From: Isurus oxyrinchus
Lineage: Eukaryota
Assembly (NCBI GenBank): GCA_026770705.1
Contig: JANJGN010000024.1
Span: 6,262,001-6,326,000 of the forward strand
Length of the DNA: 64,000 nucleotides
Direction of reading: 5' to 3'
Numbering within the stretch: position 1 is the first letter of the stretch; each line of letters starts with the position of its first letter. Both the position numbers and the translations under genes were made by a program. A model generated the notes under the pieces. It had not been told where the DNA came from. It saw nothing but the letters and a program-made list of their open reading frames with translations, and did no database searches. Of this stretch, positions 47,897-61,290 are shown in pieces.

Positions 47897-48270
47897 GTTA
47901 TTTTAAAAAGAGCGGGAGGAGTGGGGAGACTTCATTTAAAAAAGAGCGGGGAGGGTGAGGAGACTTCATTTAAAAAAGAGCGGGGAGGGTGGGGAGACTT
48001 CATTTAAAAAAGAGCGGGAGGAGTGGGGAGACTTCATTTAAAAAAGAGCGGAGAGAGTGGGGAGACTTCATTTAAAAAAGAGCGGAGAGAGTGGGGAGAC
48101 TTCATTTTAAAAAGAGCGGCGAGGGTGGGGAGACTTCATTTTAAAAAGAGCGGAGAGAGTGGGGAGACTTCATTTAAAAAAGAGCGGAGAGAGTGGGGAG
48201 ACTTCATTTAAAAAAGAGCGGCGAGAGTGGGGAGACTTCATTTTAAAAAGAGCGCGGAGAGTGGGGAGAC
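47897..48270 (+). repeat. Tandem array, 34-bp unit, about 11 copies (probable CR1 5' UTR)
   Basis: Unit TTCATTTAAAAAAGAGCGGAGAGAGTGGGGAGAC starting at 47931, 47965, 47999 and so on. It resumes at 53356-53400. Confidence 0.9.
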
Positions 48271-49462
48271 CTTGGGCGGAATTTGACGAGTCCGCTGGCA
48301 GTGGGTGTGATAGGTGGCATGCACGGGAAACATGGCGTGACCTGCTTCCCAACGGTGTGAAGGCAGGTCGCGATCGTCCACTCAGCCCGCTGATGGTGGG
48401 CCGCATTTACTGCCATCAAGTCGGTGGGGAACTAATTGTAATACATCAGCACGTAAAGAAAAGGCCATCCCAACAGGCTCTTGGAATCCGGCCATTTTGT
48501 CCATCCACATCGACGGGAAAGCTGCCGTGTTTCACACCAGCACGCAGTCGAGGTGCACTTGGTGGCCTTCACTTTGGGGGAACTGAGGTGAGTGAGCAAC
48601 AGCGTTCATCGCAGCTCGCCTTTTGTTTAGAGGGCCCAGGGGTACCGGGGGCGGGTGGGGTTGGGGGGTGGGTGGGGGGGGTGGTGCAGGAGCAACTGAT
48701 GCCTGGCTCCAGAGGCAACTGCTGCGGAGGGGTGGGAGGGGCGGGCTTTGTGTTCAGGGTCAAGTGCTAGCCAGCCTCAGAAGCCACTGCTGAGGGGGGA
48801 GTTGTCTGGGGGCAAGTGCTGGCCAACCTCGCAGGTGACTGTCGTCAGTGGGGTGCAGGTTCAAGAGCTGCCCTGTTGCTGCACCCTGCACACAGACAAT
48901 TGAGGTGGGGGGGGTGGGGGGGCAGTGTAAGTGAGGGAAGTGGCCACGCATTAGGGACACCTGTATAAACTGACCATTCTTCTGCAACTAAGACAGATCA
49001 GGCACAGCCACAGTGATATGATTGGGGTTGGGCTCCTAGCCTGCCCACCCAGGCAAGCAACACAGAGGCACCAAAGGGCCGTCAAGCACTCCAGACCTTA
49101 CTCCCACCCTGCACCCCCCTCCCCCCAGCACTGACTTTGAGTCCACCACCACTTCATTGGACCGCAGAGCAGATGGACTACACACATTGTACAATCTCCT
49201 CGACAATGCTGGCAGTGTAGCAGTCACTGCTGGAGGTGCTCACAGCCCCTTGCAATCTCAGCATCCTGGTTTGGACCAGTGTCCCCCATATCACAGATTG
49301 ACAGGGCAGCCATGCTGCACACTCATCTCTGACCATCCGAGGGGTGATCAGCACTTTCTGGAGAGTTTTAAGGGGCAGTCACACAGAGCCAGGAAAGGTG
49401 CTAAGTGCACCCATGATAACCACATCTCTCTCTTTCATGCTGCAGGAGGACCACGCCAGGAT

Positions 49463-50671
49463 CATGGGTCCTGGTGACCTAGCTGTCTGGCCCACAGAGA
49501 ACATAGAAGACTGAGGAGATGGCAACTGGGACTCCTGGCTGTGTAAAGGCAGGAGCAGCAACCTCAGGAAGAAAGGGCAGAAGGGGTTCCCACACACACA
49601 CTGCCCAGGAGTGACAGTGAGCCCTGGCTGGTCAGCGCCTAGCAACAGCCAGGCTCTAGAGAAACTGCCTGCCATTCCTGCAGATGACTGAGAACCGGTG
49701 TCGCCGATGACCGTACATGTCTGGGTGGCTCACATCTGTCACTCACTGCAGGACTTGGCGCCAAGGGGACATGGAGGGCATCCACTGCCATAGGCTGTCA
49801 AAGTGACCGTGATGCTTAATTTCTATGCCAGTGGCTCCTTTCAAGGCTCCACAGGTGACCTCTGTGCGATTTCACAATCCACCATGCACAAATGCATTCA
49901 TGAGGTCACGGACGCCATCTTCTCTATGGCACACAACTTTGTGCATTTCGCCCAGGACCGATACAGCCAGGATGCCAGGGCCATTGGATCCACCCTGATC
50001 TTGGGATTCCCACAGGTGCAGAGTGCGATTGACTGCACTCATGTGGTGCTCAGGTCTCCATCGCTACACTCCGTGGACTTCATCAACCGCAAAGGCTTCC
50101 ACTCACTGAACGTGCAGCTGGCGTGCGACCACCAGAAACACATCCTGCAGGTGTGTGCACGGTTTCCAGGGAGTGTGCACGACGCTTCCTTCCTGAGTCT
50201 CTCACCGATCTCTTCAGTCTTTCAAGGCCCACAGAGGTTGCAGGGTTGGCTCCTTGGGGACAAGGGCTACCCACAGAGGCCATGGCTGATGACACCAATG
50301 CGGTGGCCTCAGACTGCAGCTCGCAACTTGATGGAGCACCCCATCAGGATGTTGTAGATGTGGCTCCAGTGCCTGGACCTGTCTGTTGGAGTCCTGCAAT
50401 TCTGTCCGCAGAGGGTGTCTCGCATCGTTGTCATCTGCTGTGCCCATTGTTACAACCTGGCACTGCAACAAGGTGACGAGCTGACTGAGGAGCAGATGGA
50501 GGAGCTGAATGTCTCCTCCAATTAGGAGGACGTCAACGGGGATGAGGGTGAGGGGGTCCTCAGTGGTGACGATGACGGGGATGAGGCTCTCACACTGGCT
50601 AAATGAGGCAGGCATGTTCGGGGGGCCCTTATAGCTCCCAGATTTGTGGAGGATGATGACAACATGCAGTG
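49463..50671 (+). pseudogene. Harbinger DDE transposase
   Basis: ORF 49803-50357 has LNFYASGSFQ, AIDCTHV, NRKGFHSLNVQLACDH, FPGSVHDA and WLLGDKGYP, followed by an acidic tail. Confidence 0.92.
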
Positions 50672-51384
50672 AAGTATCCCTATAGATCCTCACATCGCAG
50701 CTGTGAACGTTTGACTCCAGTCTGGGTTATCTCAGTGTCAATATCTTCTGTGATAATGCTCCTGCCATGGAGATGCAGTGGAGGCCCTAATAGTCGCTCG
50801 ATCGCAATAGGGTGATGATAATATGCAGTGAGGACAGTCCATAGACCTTCACATAGCCTCTGAGAATGTCAGACTCCTGTCTGGCTGAGGGCAGTTCACT
50901 TGCATTCCATAAAGTTTCTAAAGCCTGAAACTTTAGACACATCTGATACTCTGCCCACCTTCAGCACCTCAGCGCTTCAGGAGTTGGTGCACAGTATCAC
51001 TGGTTGCAGATGCTAAAGAGATAGGGGCCAGCCCCACCTTAAAGGTGCTGAGCGCACACACAGTGAATGAGAGAACTCTGAGGAGCCTGCCCACTACATT
51101 CTGGCAGCAATGACCAGCACCGCCGAGGTGCAGGCATCAGTAATGTGTCCGGGGAGTGTGAGGCTGGACCATCACTGTGGTCTGAAGGCTGCACAGAGCA
51201 CAGGGAAGAGGCCCTGGACTGAGACAACTGCCTTCTATCTTGTGCAGAAAAGTTTCACATCTGAGTGACAAGAACACTGCTCATCAGAACAAGGAGCCAT
51301 AGGCAGGGAGACATTCTTTGGAGTTTATTGACAATAGTGAGTAGAATGTAAAAGTGATCAACACCCCTGCCCAGACTGTGCAAT

Positions 51385-53096
51385 TACTTTTACCTAACTT
51401 TCCTAACCCTGCTGCTTTGTCTTGGTGCTCCCTGGACATCCACAGCAGAGGTGCAGGCAGCCTATTGGCTGTGACGCCCTGTGCATGATGACTTTGGCAG
51501 GCGTTCCCTGGAGGACCTAGACTTGGAGGGCCCCGGCCTGCTTTCGGAGTTCTGCTGTGTGGCAGTGGCACTCTCCTCGGCCTGTGAAGCTGGATCTGCG
51601 GGGGTCACAGGAAGAGAGGATTTGATGGGTTGGTCACTCGCAGAGTCACCTGAGTAGGTGGGTGCGGAGCATACATCTGCTGATCGTCCTCCCTATAGGT
51701 GCCTGAGGGCCCCTGGCTGACTGCGTGAGTGGAAGGGGTAGCTGGAGTGAGATCGAGCTGCCCAGAACGCCTCTCGCATACACACTGTTGGAGGCCAACT
51801 ATGGCATCAGTGATGGAGTTAAGCCCGCGCAGCAGTGCAGGAGCAATGTCCGGGACCAAGGTCTCCATGGCGGCCACCATCCTGCCAGTGTTGACCTCGG
51901 TGCGTAGGCAACGCCAACACTGTCACCTCAGCCTGAAGACGGACGGACTTCTCCATCCTGCCTTGCAATCTGTGGAGTGCATCGGACATCCCTTCCTGTT
52001 ATTCCCTAGCTTGCCTTGGCAGCTGCAGTAACTATGACATGACTGAGTCCAGAGGCTCATCTGACTCAGACTCAGTGACGTTCTGGCCTCCAGCAGCTCC
52101 TCTGAGTGCCGGGGACCTGGGAAGTCCCTGCTTCGGCCTGCTGTGGATCAGACAGTGCGATGTGCTCACCAGGCTGTGATCCCAAGGCTACTCTAAAGCT
52201 AGGTCCCACCGAGATGTGTGTCTCTGCGCTGGTGGAGGGTGTGTATGAGCGCTGTGACGGGATTTCACGGAGGGTGGCTTCAGATTCCTCTTCACACATT
52301 TCTTCAGGGCTTGCTCAGAGGCCCTGGGTCATGGACTCTGTCGGCTGTTTGGCAGATGTACCTGTGAAAGCAAGGGGAGATAATTAGTGTATGGCAGTGG
52401 TCTGGGAAAGAGGACACATCACTCACAGCATGGTTGTCTGATGGATGTTGCACTGCTGGATCCTCACTTGGTAGAGCAGCACCGACCTCACTGTCAGCAC
52501 AGGACTGGTCCTAATAATAATTGACCAGCTGGACGGCTCTGTTTTCAAATTCTGTCAGAAATTTGATCTCCAGCTTCCCTCCACCTGTCTGCGACCTTTC
52601 CCTCCTGTTGTGAGCCAGTTTGTCCTGCATGGATAGCGATGGGAAGACTGTATCGGGACTCCTGCCAGGCCAGATGATAAGCATGCCTGGTCTGTGAGTG
52701 GTGAGTGGTCCCATTGGCGGGATGAGGAGAACGATGGTGTGTGTGAAAGATTGAATCGTGATGTCCTTTGCACTGGCAGTGAGTGAGGGCCCTGTGGGTG
52801 TGTGATGGGTTTGTGAGTGTGTGAGTTGGGAGTGATGAGAAGAGTGACTCACCCTGATGGAACGGAGGAGATCATTCATCTTTCTGCAGCACTGGGTGGC
52901 TGTCCTCCCCTGCAGGGGGCTCACGTTGACCACAGCTGCCACCGCCTCCCAGGGTAGGTTGGTGACTTTGCTGCCCTTCCTGCAGCCAGAGAAGGGGTAG
53001 ACCACATCCTGGTGGGTCTTCAAGGCATCCAGCAGTCACTCGAGGGGCCCGTAGTCAAAGCAGGGGGCTGCAGTCATTCTTCCTTTGCTGGCTATG
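51385..53096 (-). pseudogene. Harbinger Myb/SANT-like gene, spliced
   Basis: AAPCF.., WEAVAAVVNVSPLQGRTATQCCRKMNDLLRSIR|GTGAGT, and exon 2 DKLAHNRRERSQTGGG. Confidence 0.82.
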
Positions 53097-53714
53097 TCTC
53101 CTGGACAGCGGTGGTGAGCTGGTGTCAATGAGCGCTTTGCTGGTGGCTGCCTTTTCAAATTGGCGTCCGGCATGATGCAACAGCGGGGTGATGGTGGGCG
53201 AGCGAATAAGAGCCCGAACACCATGGAAACACCATGTTTCATGGGAGTGAAAAGATAATGAGGCAAGCTTGGGACGATACAGCATGAAAACCCACCAGTT
53301 TTATCAATGGCAGGCTTCCATTTTACCCATCCGCTACCGCACTTCGTGCAATTCTGGAGAGTGGGGAGAGTTCATTTTTAAAAGAGCACGGAGAGTTCAT
53401 TGATAAATTCATTTGAGTCCAGCGGCAGAATGACATCATGAACCACAAACGTGATGCAAGTGCAGGGAAAGCAGCTGATTGGTGATTAGGATTGGTGAGT
53501 ATTTCTAACCTTTAAAGTAAAAGTAAGGTGTTTAATTTGTGGTTAGGTCTCTAGTCTTTTTTTTCTCTGTCTTTTTCTTAAAAATAACAAGTATAAAAGT
53601 ATAAAAGTGGCGTAAAAAAATAATTACAATAAAGTGTAAAGAGTGGGGGATTCTTCAAGTATAAAGAGCAGGGATACTAGAGTAATTAATTTATCAATTA
53701 ATTTAAATACGATT

Positions 53715-54640
53715 GTGGTGGCAGGAGGGGTGATGTGTTGCTGCTGCAGCATGTGGGACCTGGTGTCCAGAGCGAACACATCTGTAGTAAATGATTGCAG
53801 CTCAAGGAACTTTGGATCCGAGTTGCAGGGCTGGAGTCTGAGCTGCAGACATTGCGCCACGTCAGGGAGAGGCAGATTACCTGGACACTTTGCTTCAGGA
53901 GGTGGTCACAGCCCTCAGATTAGATCATTCATATTTGGCCTGTAATCAGGGACAGGAGGGCGTGATTTCAGGTCAGGTAGGTATGGGGAGCCAGGGGTTA
54001 GCGTCTGATAAGACTTAGCCCCTGCAATTGTCCAACAGTTGCGAGAATCTTGCCAGCTATGTGGACGAGAGCGAGGACGGCAAAGAGGGTGAGCAAACTG
54101 ACCACGACCCCATGGTACAGGGAGCCATTCAAGTGAGGCCAGGAGATAGGAACACAGTGGTGGTAGGGGACAGCATAATTAGGGGGACAGATACTGTTCT
54201 CTGCAGCCGTGGAGCATGAGTCCCGAAGACTGTGTTGCTTGCCTGGTGCCAGGGCTAAGGACATCTCCTCAGGAGCTTGGAGTGGGAGGGGAGGGATCCA
54301 GTTGTCATCGTCCACATACCATCATACCAACGACATTGATAGGATTAGAAAGGAGGTTCTGCTGAAAGAATTTGAACAGTTAGGAGCCAAATTAAAAAGT
54401 AAGATCTCCGGATTACTGCCTGAGCCACCGGCAAATGGGCATAAGGTAAATAAGCTCAAGGAGTTAAATGCATGGCTCAAAGGTTGGTATGGCAGGAATG
54501 GGTTTCAGTTCATTGGGCATTGGCACCAGTACTGGGGTAGAAGGGAGCTATTCTGGTGGGATGGGCTTCACTTGAACTCTACTGGGACCCAAGTCCTGGT
54601 GAATCGAATAACTAGGGCTGTAAAAAGGGCTTTAAACTAA
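53715..54640 (+). pseudogene. CR1 ORF1 with Cys-rich N-terminus and SGNH/GDSL esterase domain
   Basis: VMCCCCSMWD, VVVGDSIIRG, CCLPGARAKDI, TND and WDGLHLN. Confidence 0.85.
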
Positions 54641-55322
54641 ATAGAGAGGGGGAGGGTTCTGGGGAGGGGATACATAGGCTTACAAAGCAAAAGGATATGG
54701 CATCATTGCAGGGCAGCTATTTAGGTAATTTAGGTGACAGGATGGGATAGAGTGTACAAATATTAAAAGAACAGCAGTAAATAGATTCAAAGGGGGGAAA
54801 ATGGTAGAAAGGCAAAATTAATGGCTCTTAAATGCACATAGTACTCAAAAACAAAATGAGTGAATTAACGGCACAAATAGAGGTTAATGGGTATGATTTT
54901 ATAGCCATTTCGGAGGCGTGGTTACAAGAAAATCAAAGCTGGGAACTAAATATTCAGGGGTATGCGACTTTTCAAAAGGACAGGCAGGAAAGAAAAGGTG
55001 GTGGGGTAGCTTTGTTCGTATGAGATGGAATAAGTGTGTTGGAAAAAATGATCTTGGGTCAGAAGATGTAGAATCCAGATGGGTAGAGGTAAGAAGTAAC
55101 AAGGGGAAGAAGGTGCTAGTGAGAGTACTCTATAGGCTGCCTAACAGTAGATATACTGTAGGAGAGAGAATAAATAAATTAGGAGATAATGTGGGCATGT
55201 AAAAAAGGCAGCACAGTAATCATGGGTGATTTAATCTTCATGTAGATTGGGAAAATTAAATTGGCAGAGGTAGCCACAGCAAGAATACATAGAGTGTATT
55301 TAGAATAGTTTCCTAGAACAAT

Positions 55323-55452
55323 GGGCGGGATTTTCCACACCCGCCCGCCGACGGAATCTTCCGGTCCTTCCGCAAGTCAATGGTCTTCAGGCTGGGTCGC
55401 TTCCTCACCCACAACGGGTCCCACCCGCAACGGGGCCAGAAAATCCCGGCCA
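55323..55452. mobile_element. 130-bp Harbinger-type MITE in CR1 ORF2
   Basis: TIRs GGGCGGGATTTTC / GAAAATCCCGGCC interrupt the CR1 sequence CTAGAACAAT|..TGTTGTGG. Confidence 0.8.
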
Positions 55453-57484
55453 AATGTTGTGGGTGCAACGAGGGATTAGGCTATTTTGGATCTGGAAATA
55501 AGTAATGAGGCAAATTTAATAAATGATCTCAGAGTGAAAGGTTCCCTAGGAAACAGAGTGACTATAACATGGTAGAGTTTTGCATTCAGTGAGAAACTTG
55601 GGTCGGAAACAACTGTGCTAAACTTAAGTAAGGGTAATTACAAAGGAATGAGGGCAGAGTTGGCTGGAGTGGACTGGGAAAGGAGTTTAACAGAAAAGAC
55701 AAATGATGAACAATGGCAGACATTTAAGAAAATAGTTTGTGACTCACAAAAAAAGATATATCCCAGTGAGGAAGAAAGATTCTAGGAAGAGGATCAACCA
55801 ACCATGAATAACCAAGAAAGTTAAGGATAGCATCAAACAGAAAGAAAAAAAAACATACAATGTGGCAAAGGTTAGTGGTAAACCAGAGATTGGGAAAGTT
55901 TTAAAAACCAACAAAAGCTGACCAAAAATAATAAAGAGGGAGGAATAAACTTTGAGGGTAAACTGGCAAGTAATATAAAAAAGAACATTATGAGTTTTTT
56001 TTTAAAACTATATAAAAAGAGAGAGGCCAAAGTGAATTTAGGCCCCATAGGGAATGAGGTAGGAGAAAAAAATAATGGGGAGCCAGAAAATGGCAGAAGA
56101 GTTGAATAAATGCTTTGCATCAGTCTTCATGGTAGAAGACACTAATAGCATTCAAAAAAGGGGAAATAATCAAGGGGCAAAAGTGAAAGCAGAGGGTAGG
56201 GGGAGGAAATAAATACAATAACTATCACTGGAGAAAAAGTACCAGGGAAACTAATGGGGCTAAAGGCTGATAAGTCCCCTGGACTTGATGGGTTGCATCC
56301 TAGGATATTAAAGGAAGTAGCTACAGAGATAGTGGATGCACTGGTAGCAATCTTCCAAGAATCCTTAGATTCTGGAAAAGTCCCAGAGGATTGGAAGACT
56401 GCCAATGTAGCACTCTTATTCAAAAAGGGAGGGAGGCAAAAAACAAGTAGCTATAGGCCAGTTAACTTAATATCCGTCTTTGGGGAAATGTTAGATTCTA
56501 TTATAAAGGATGCAATAGCAGAGCATTTAGAAATGCTTAATATAATCAAGCAGAGTCAGCATGGCTCCATGAAGGGGAAATCATGGCTGACAAATTTATC
56601 AGAATTCTTTGAGGAGGTAACAAGCAGGATAGATAAAGGGGAACCAGTAGATGTAATATATTTGGATTTCTAAAAGGTGTTTGGTACGGTACCACACATT
56701 AGGCTGCTTAATAAGATAAGAGCCCATGGTGTTGGGGGTAGTACATTAGCATAGATAGAGGATTGGCTAACTAATAGAAGGCAGAGAGTTGGGATAACGG
56801 AGGCATTTTAAGGATGGCACCTGGTAACTAATGGAATGCCATAGGGATCAGTGCTGGGGCCACAATTATTTACAATATATGTTAATGCCTTGGATGAGGG
56901 AAGTGAATGTACTTTTGCCAAGTTTACAGATGTCACAGAAATAGGTGGGAAGGCAAGTTGTGAGGATGACACAAATAATCTACAGAGGGATATAGACAGG
57001 TTAAGTGAGTGGGCAAAAACTTGGCAGATGGAATATAATGTGGGAAAATGTGAAGTTATGCACCTTGGCAGGAAGAATAGAGGAGCTGAATATTATTTAA
57101 ATAGAAAAGGACTGCAGAAAGCTACAGCACAGAGGGATTTGGGGTCCTCGTTCATGAACCCCAAAATATTAGCATATAAGTTCAACAGGTAATAGGTAAG
57201 GCAAATGGAATGTTGGCCTTTATTTCAAAGGGAATGGAGTTTAAAAATAGGGAAGTCTTGCTAAAACTATACAAGGCACTAGTTAGACCTCATCTACAAT
57301 ACTATGAACAGTTTTTGTTCCCCTTATCTAAGAAAAGACATACTGGCATTGGAGGCAGTTCAGAGGAGGTTCACTAGGTTCATTCTGGGTATGGAGGGAT
57401 TTTCTTATGAGGAGAGATTGAGTAGGTTGGACCTGTACTCATTGGAGTTTAGAAGAATGAGAGGCGACCTTATTAAAATATATA

Positions 57485-58083
57485 GGGCAAAGTTATTCCT
57501 CTGTTGGGGGGGATGTGTGGAAGCGGACAGGCGCATTCCCGATCGGCTCCCTATTCAGAAGCGTGCTGCCATTTTATGTGCGCGGGCCAATTAAGGCCCG
57601 CCCAGCGTGACGTCCTATGCGCTCCCTGTGTGCAAAAGAGTGCACAGATCTCCCTGAGGCCAAGTTCTGCCTCAGGGAGGTCGGCTCAGGTTTGAAACAT
57701 TAAATAAAGATGAGAAAACATTTTGCTGCCATGTCCCCTCATGGAACACTGTCACATGAGTTAGGAGATGTCCATAACTTTTATTTTGAAATATTCTGAA
57801 ATTTTTAAATCCGCCATGAAAGCTCATCCCGCCGGTGGATGAGGTTTCATGTTTTTTCTGAAGCCAGCCAGGGCTCCCGGCCTGCCCACCAACCTTAAGG
57901 CTGGACGGGCAGGTCCATTAATGATTTCAATTACTTTTTTAATGGCCTTAATAGGCCGTAGACAGGTCAGCGGGCGCACTGATGCGGAGTGACATCAGGA
58001 CGCCCACCCGACATCACCCCGCGTCATTTTGCACATATACGAACAGGCCCCGCCTCCTTCTTGCTGATCAGAAGATGCAGCCC
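57485..58083. mobile_element. Harbinger-type MITE (family A) in CR1 RT, TSD ATA
   Basis: ATA-GGGCAAAGTTATTC...GAAGATGCAGCCC-ATA. The CR1 frame DLIKIY|KILRGLD resumes after it. Confidence 0.88.
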
Positions 58084-58451
58084 ATAAGATTCTTAGGGGG
58101 GCTTGATAGGGTAGATGCTGAGAGGTTGTTTCCCCTTGAGGGAGAGTCTAGGACCAGAGGGCATAACCTCAGAGTAAGGAGTCGTCCAGTTAAGACAGGG
58201 CTGAGGAGGAATTTCTTCTCTCAGAGGGTAATGACTCTGTGGATTTCTTTACCACAGAGGGCTGTAGATGCTAAGTTGTTAAGTATATTCAAGGCTAAGA
58301 TGGACAGATTTTTAATTAGTAAGGGAATCAAAGGTTATGGGGAAAAGGCAGGAAAGTGGAATTGAGGATTATCAGGTCAACAATGATCTCATTGAATGGA
58401 GTTCTAGACTTGATGGGCCGAATGGCCTACTTCTGCTCCTACAGTCTTATG

Positions 58452-60090
58452 CCCTTCAGCATGGATTCCTCCAACACAGAGACTATGGCATGCCGACTGT
58501 CAGGTGTCTCTGCCAGATCTCCACGCGCATCCCATTTGACATCCGGCATCTGCCACCTAGAGATGACTCCAGAGGCTCATCATCTGCCTCAGCATCAACC
58601 TGGTATCCAACAATCCTCTGACTGCCAGCACCTTGGGGAGTCTCTGCCTCCACCAGCTCCTCAGAAGAGTGTTGACGTGCCTTCCCCAGTGTGTACTGCC
58701 ATCTGCTCTGAAATGCATATATCCACCGACTGTGCCTGTATCTGCGCTGGTGAATGGTGCAGAAAGAGGATGTGATGCGGGTGCATCTGGCTGCAGGTCA
58801 TCCTCTGATATCAGAGGAGGGTCTTCGTTTTCGTTCTGAGGTCTAGGGGATCTTCCATATGAGGGAGGAAGAAAAAATGTCAGTCTTGACTAGCATTGCA
58901 AACGCAGAGTGCATGCAGTGTCGTTGCTTCTCAGAATGGACATCTTGCTGAGAAAAGACTTCTGAATGGACTAGCAATGGGGATTAGTGGATTTCACATG
59001 TCAGTCTTACAACCATTGCCCTGCATCTCTCATACCCTCCCCCAATCTCTTGCCTGTTGCACTGGACTCTCACTATCCTCTGAAACCCCTGCCTCCCTGT
59101 GACCAGTGGAAACTGGCTCCTCATTTACATGCCATCTCGAGTACTTGCTCCTCCACCAGGCTTGAGATCAGAAGATTAGGGACACCACTACCAGTCTGTC
59201 CTTGCTCTTGTGCATTGTGCCTCCTCTTCTCCTGGAAGGAGAAAATTGCTTTCATTAATCCCCCACTACATGCCAGAACATACCAGCCTCCCCCACAAAA
59301 GACACAGGTTCAGGTGCCTATCACATTGTCAACCTCACCCTTATATACATGTCAGCCACCCAGTCTAATCACATGTATTCTTTCAAGGCACATGAATATT
59401 TGCCAATTTATGCTTGGCATTTCATACATGTGAGTACCAACAAGTGCTGCCATCCACAAACACATCGTTCCATGGTTACAACTATATTCAGTACTCACTC
59501 TGGCAGAACTCAGAAAGTCATTGTATCTTTTCCAGCACTAGCTCCAGGTCCTACACTTTACACCATGTCCACTGACTGACCTGCCACCTCTGTCCACGCC
59601 TTCTTTATTAAGTGTGGTGGCCCCCTCTTTCCGTCTCGTGGCACCAATATACCCTGAAAGACTCCATTAGGACCAGCAGGAACTAACCAGAAAAGCAGGG
59701 TGCAGACTGTCTCTGACCATTTCCATCCTGCTTGGCATGGGCTCCAGTTGAGGATGAAATATAGCAGACACATGTGGATATCACAAGAACTGAGAAAGGG
59801 AGTCAGACCCCTGGAAATACAAAGCAGCTCCCTGAGGCTGTTGAACAATGATTGTCAAGTTTTCAGAGAGCTCCGTGTAAATCCACTGCCAGCATCCTCA
59901 TTCATCTCACCTTCCACCCTCTCCCCACCCCCGACGGTAATGCTGAGCCTGTCTCAGTGTGTATTTCACGCTAGTCTGCAGTTAATTGGCTAGCCAGCGT
60001 GAAATTGACATTGGGAGCCAATCGCAGGCGCGAGCGGATTTCACATCCACTTCCAGTTCTGCCGATCACACTCCCCTGTCAGGCCCATGT
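58452..60090 (-). mobile_element. Harbinger right-hand fragment with remnants of the Myb-like gene
   Basis: ILVPRDGKRGPPHLIKKAWTEVAGQ at about 59575-59655 resembles ORF 37979-38317. Coiled-coil exon at about 58455-58600. Confidence 0.7.
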
Positions 60091-60744
60091 AGTGATATTG
60101 CAAGAATTAACTATTAATGACATGAGTCACAATAAATCACAGGAGCAATTTGAAAGTTTTGAAATGTGTTCTGGTTTGAGAGGTTAATGAGTGACTAATT
60201 TTAGATGATGACTTTAATCAAACTTAATTAACTTTGTACATGATTACCTGGGTGATGTGTTAAAAATATGTTGGAGCTCAGTTATTTTCACATTGCCCCA
60301 TTAAATCCCTTAGGACATTCAAAATATCAGACGACAAATCTTCCATTTAGTATCAGTGGAAAGTGGAGGGAGATGTTGAAATGCAGACAAAGAGAAACTT
60401 AATTAAGCCTTAATTAAAGTAAATGAACTTTTATCCAAGACAAACACAGAAATGAGGTGCTATGTTGTTATATCTTTTTAGTTACTTTGAAGAGACCTTT
60501 TGCTGCATACAGTGATCCTCATATGATTAGTGTGAAAATATTGGCCTAGGAATTACTTGGCTCTGTAAGTGGTCAGATCATGCCTTTGCACCACATTCCT
60601 CCATCCTTTATTTCAAATGAGAAATTAGCCAACTTTAAATAAGTGTGATAAAATAGTTGACAAGGATGTCATAGATGAACGTTAACGTCACCAATAAAAT
60701 CACTAACTTCATTTAACTAACAGGTTATTTTAACTGACAGCTTT

Positions 60745-61290
60745 GATTCGCTGGTAGCACTTTTACTTCCAATTTAGAAGGTTGTTGGTTCGTCACATTT
60801 CAGCACAATGTTTAGCCTGACATTTCAGTGCATTGTTGTTGGAGTTGTCACCTTTCAAATGTAATATTAAAACAAAGCCCTGTCTGCCCTGTCAGGTAGT
60901 TCGAAAGATCCCATGGAGTTATTTTAAACAAGAGTTCTTCCTGGTGACTTGTCCAAGATTTATCCCTCAACCAGAATCACAGAGTTGTTGCAGCACAGAA
61001 GGAGGCCAATTGAACTGTCATGTCTGCAAACGGCTCGCCAAATGGGCAATGCAACTAGTACCATTTTTCTGCCTTATCCCTTAATAATAATGACCAATAT
61101 CACTTAAAAAAGATTATCTGGTAATAATCACAGTGCTTTCTGTGGGACTGTGTTGTATGCAATATTGGCTTTTACATTTCCTACATTACAGCAGTGAATA
61201 CACTTTAAAAGTTGTGCATTCACTGAAAAACTCTTTGGGAAGCCCTGAGGTTGTGAAAGGCACTATATAAATGCAAATTTTTCTTTCTGA
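60745..61290 (+). mobile_element. Deu-domain SINE with a small inverted CR1 tail insert
   Basis: AAAGCCCTGTCTGCCCTGTCAGG..AAAGATCCCATGG and tail CTTTGGGAAGCCCTGAGGTTGTGAAAGGCACTATATAAATGCA. Confidence 0.7.

Larger units (their letters stand above)
48274..53356. mobile_element. PIF/Harbinger transposon, two convergent genes, inserted in the tandem array
   Basis: Left TIR GGGCGGAATTTGACG. Right end CGTGCAATTCTG lacks the terminal CCC. Confidence 0.85.
53357..58451 (+). mobile_element. Near full-length CR1 LINE (ORF1 plus ORF2), decayed
   Basis: ORF1, an APE endonuclease (YDFIAISEAWL, GGGVAL, YRLPN), RT ORFs 56254-56673, 56851-57192, 57304- and 58087-58365, and tail ..CTGCTCCTACAGTCTTATG. Confidence 0.92.

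Noticed and set aside
47897-48270. CRISPR-like repeat array
   Set aside because: The units are head-to-tail with no unique spacers, there are no cas genes, and the context is eukaryotic.
49803-50357. Domesticated HARBI1 gene
   Set aside because: It is disrupted, present in multiple copies, flanked by TIRs and paired with a Myb-like gene, so it is a transposon copy.
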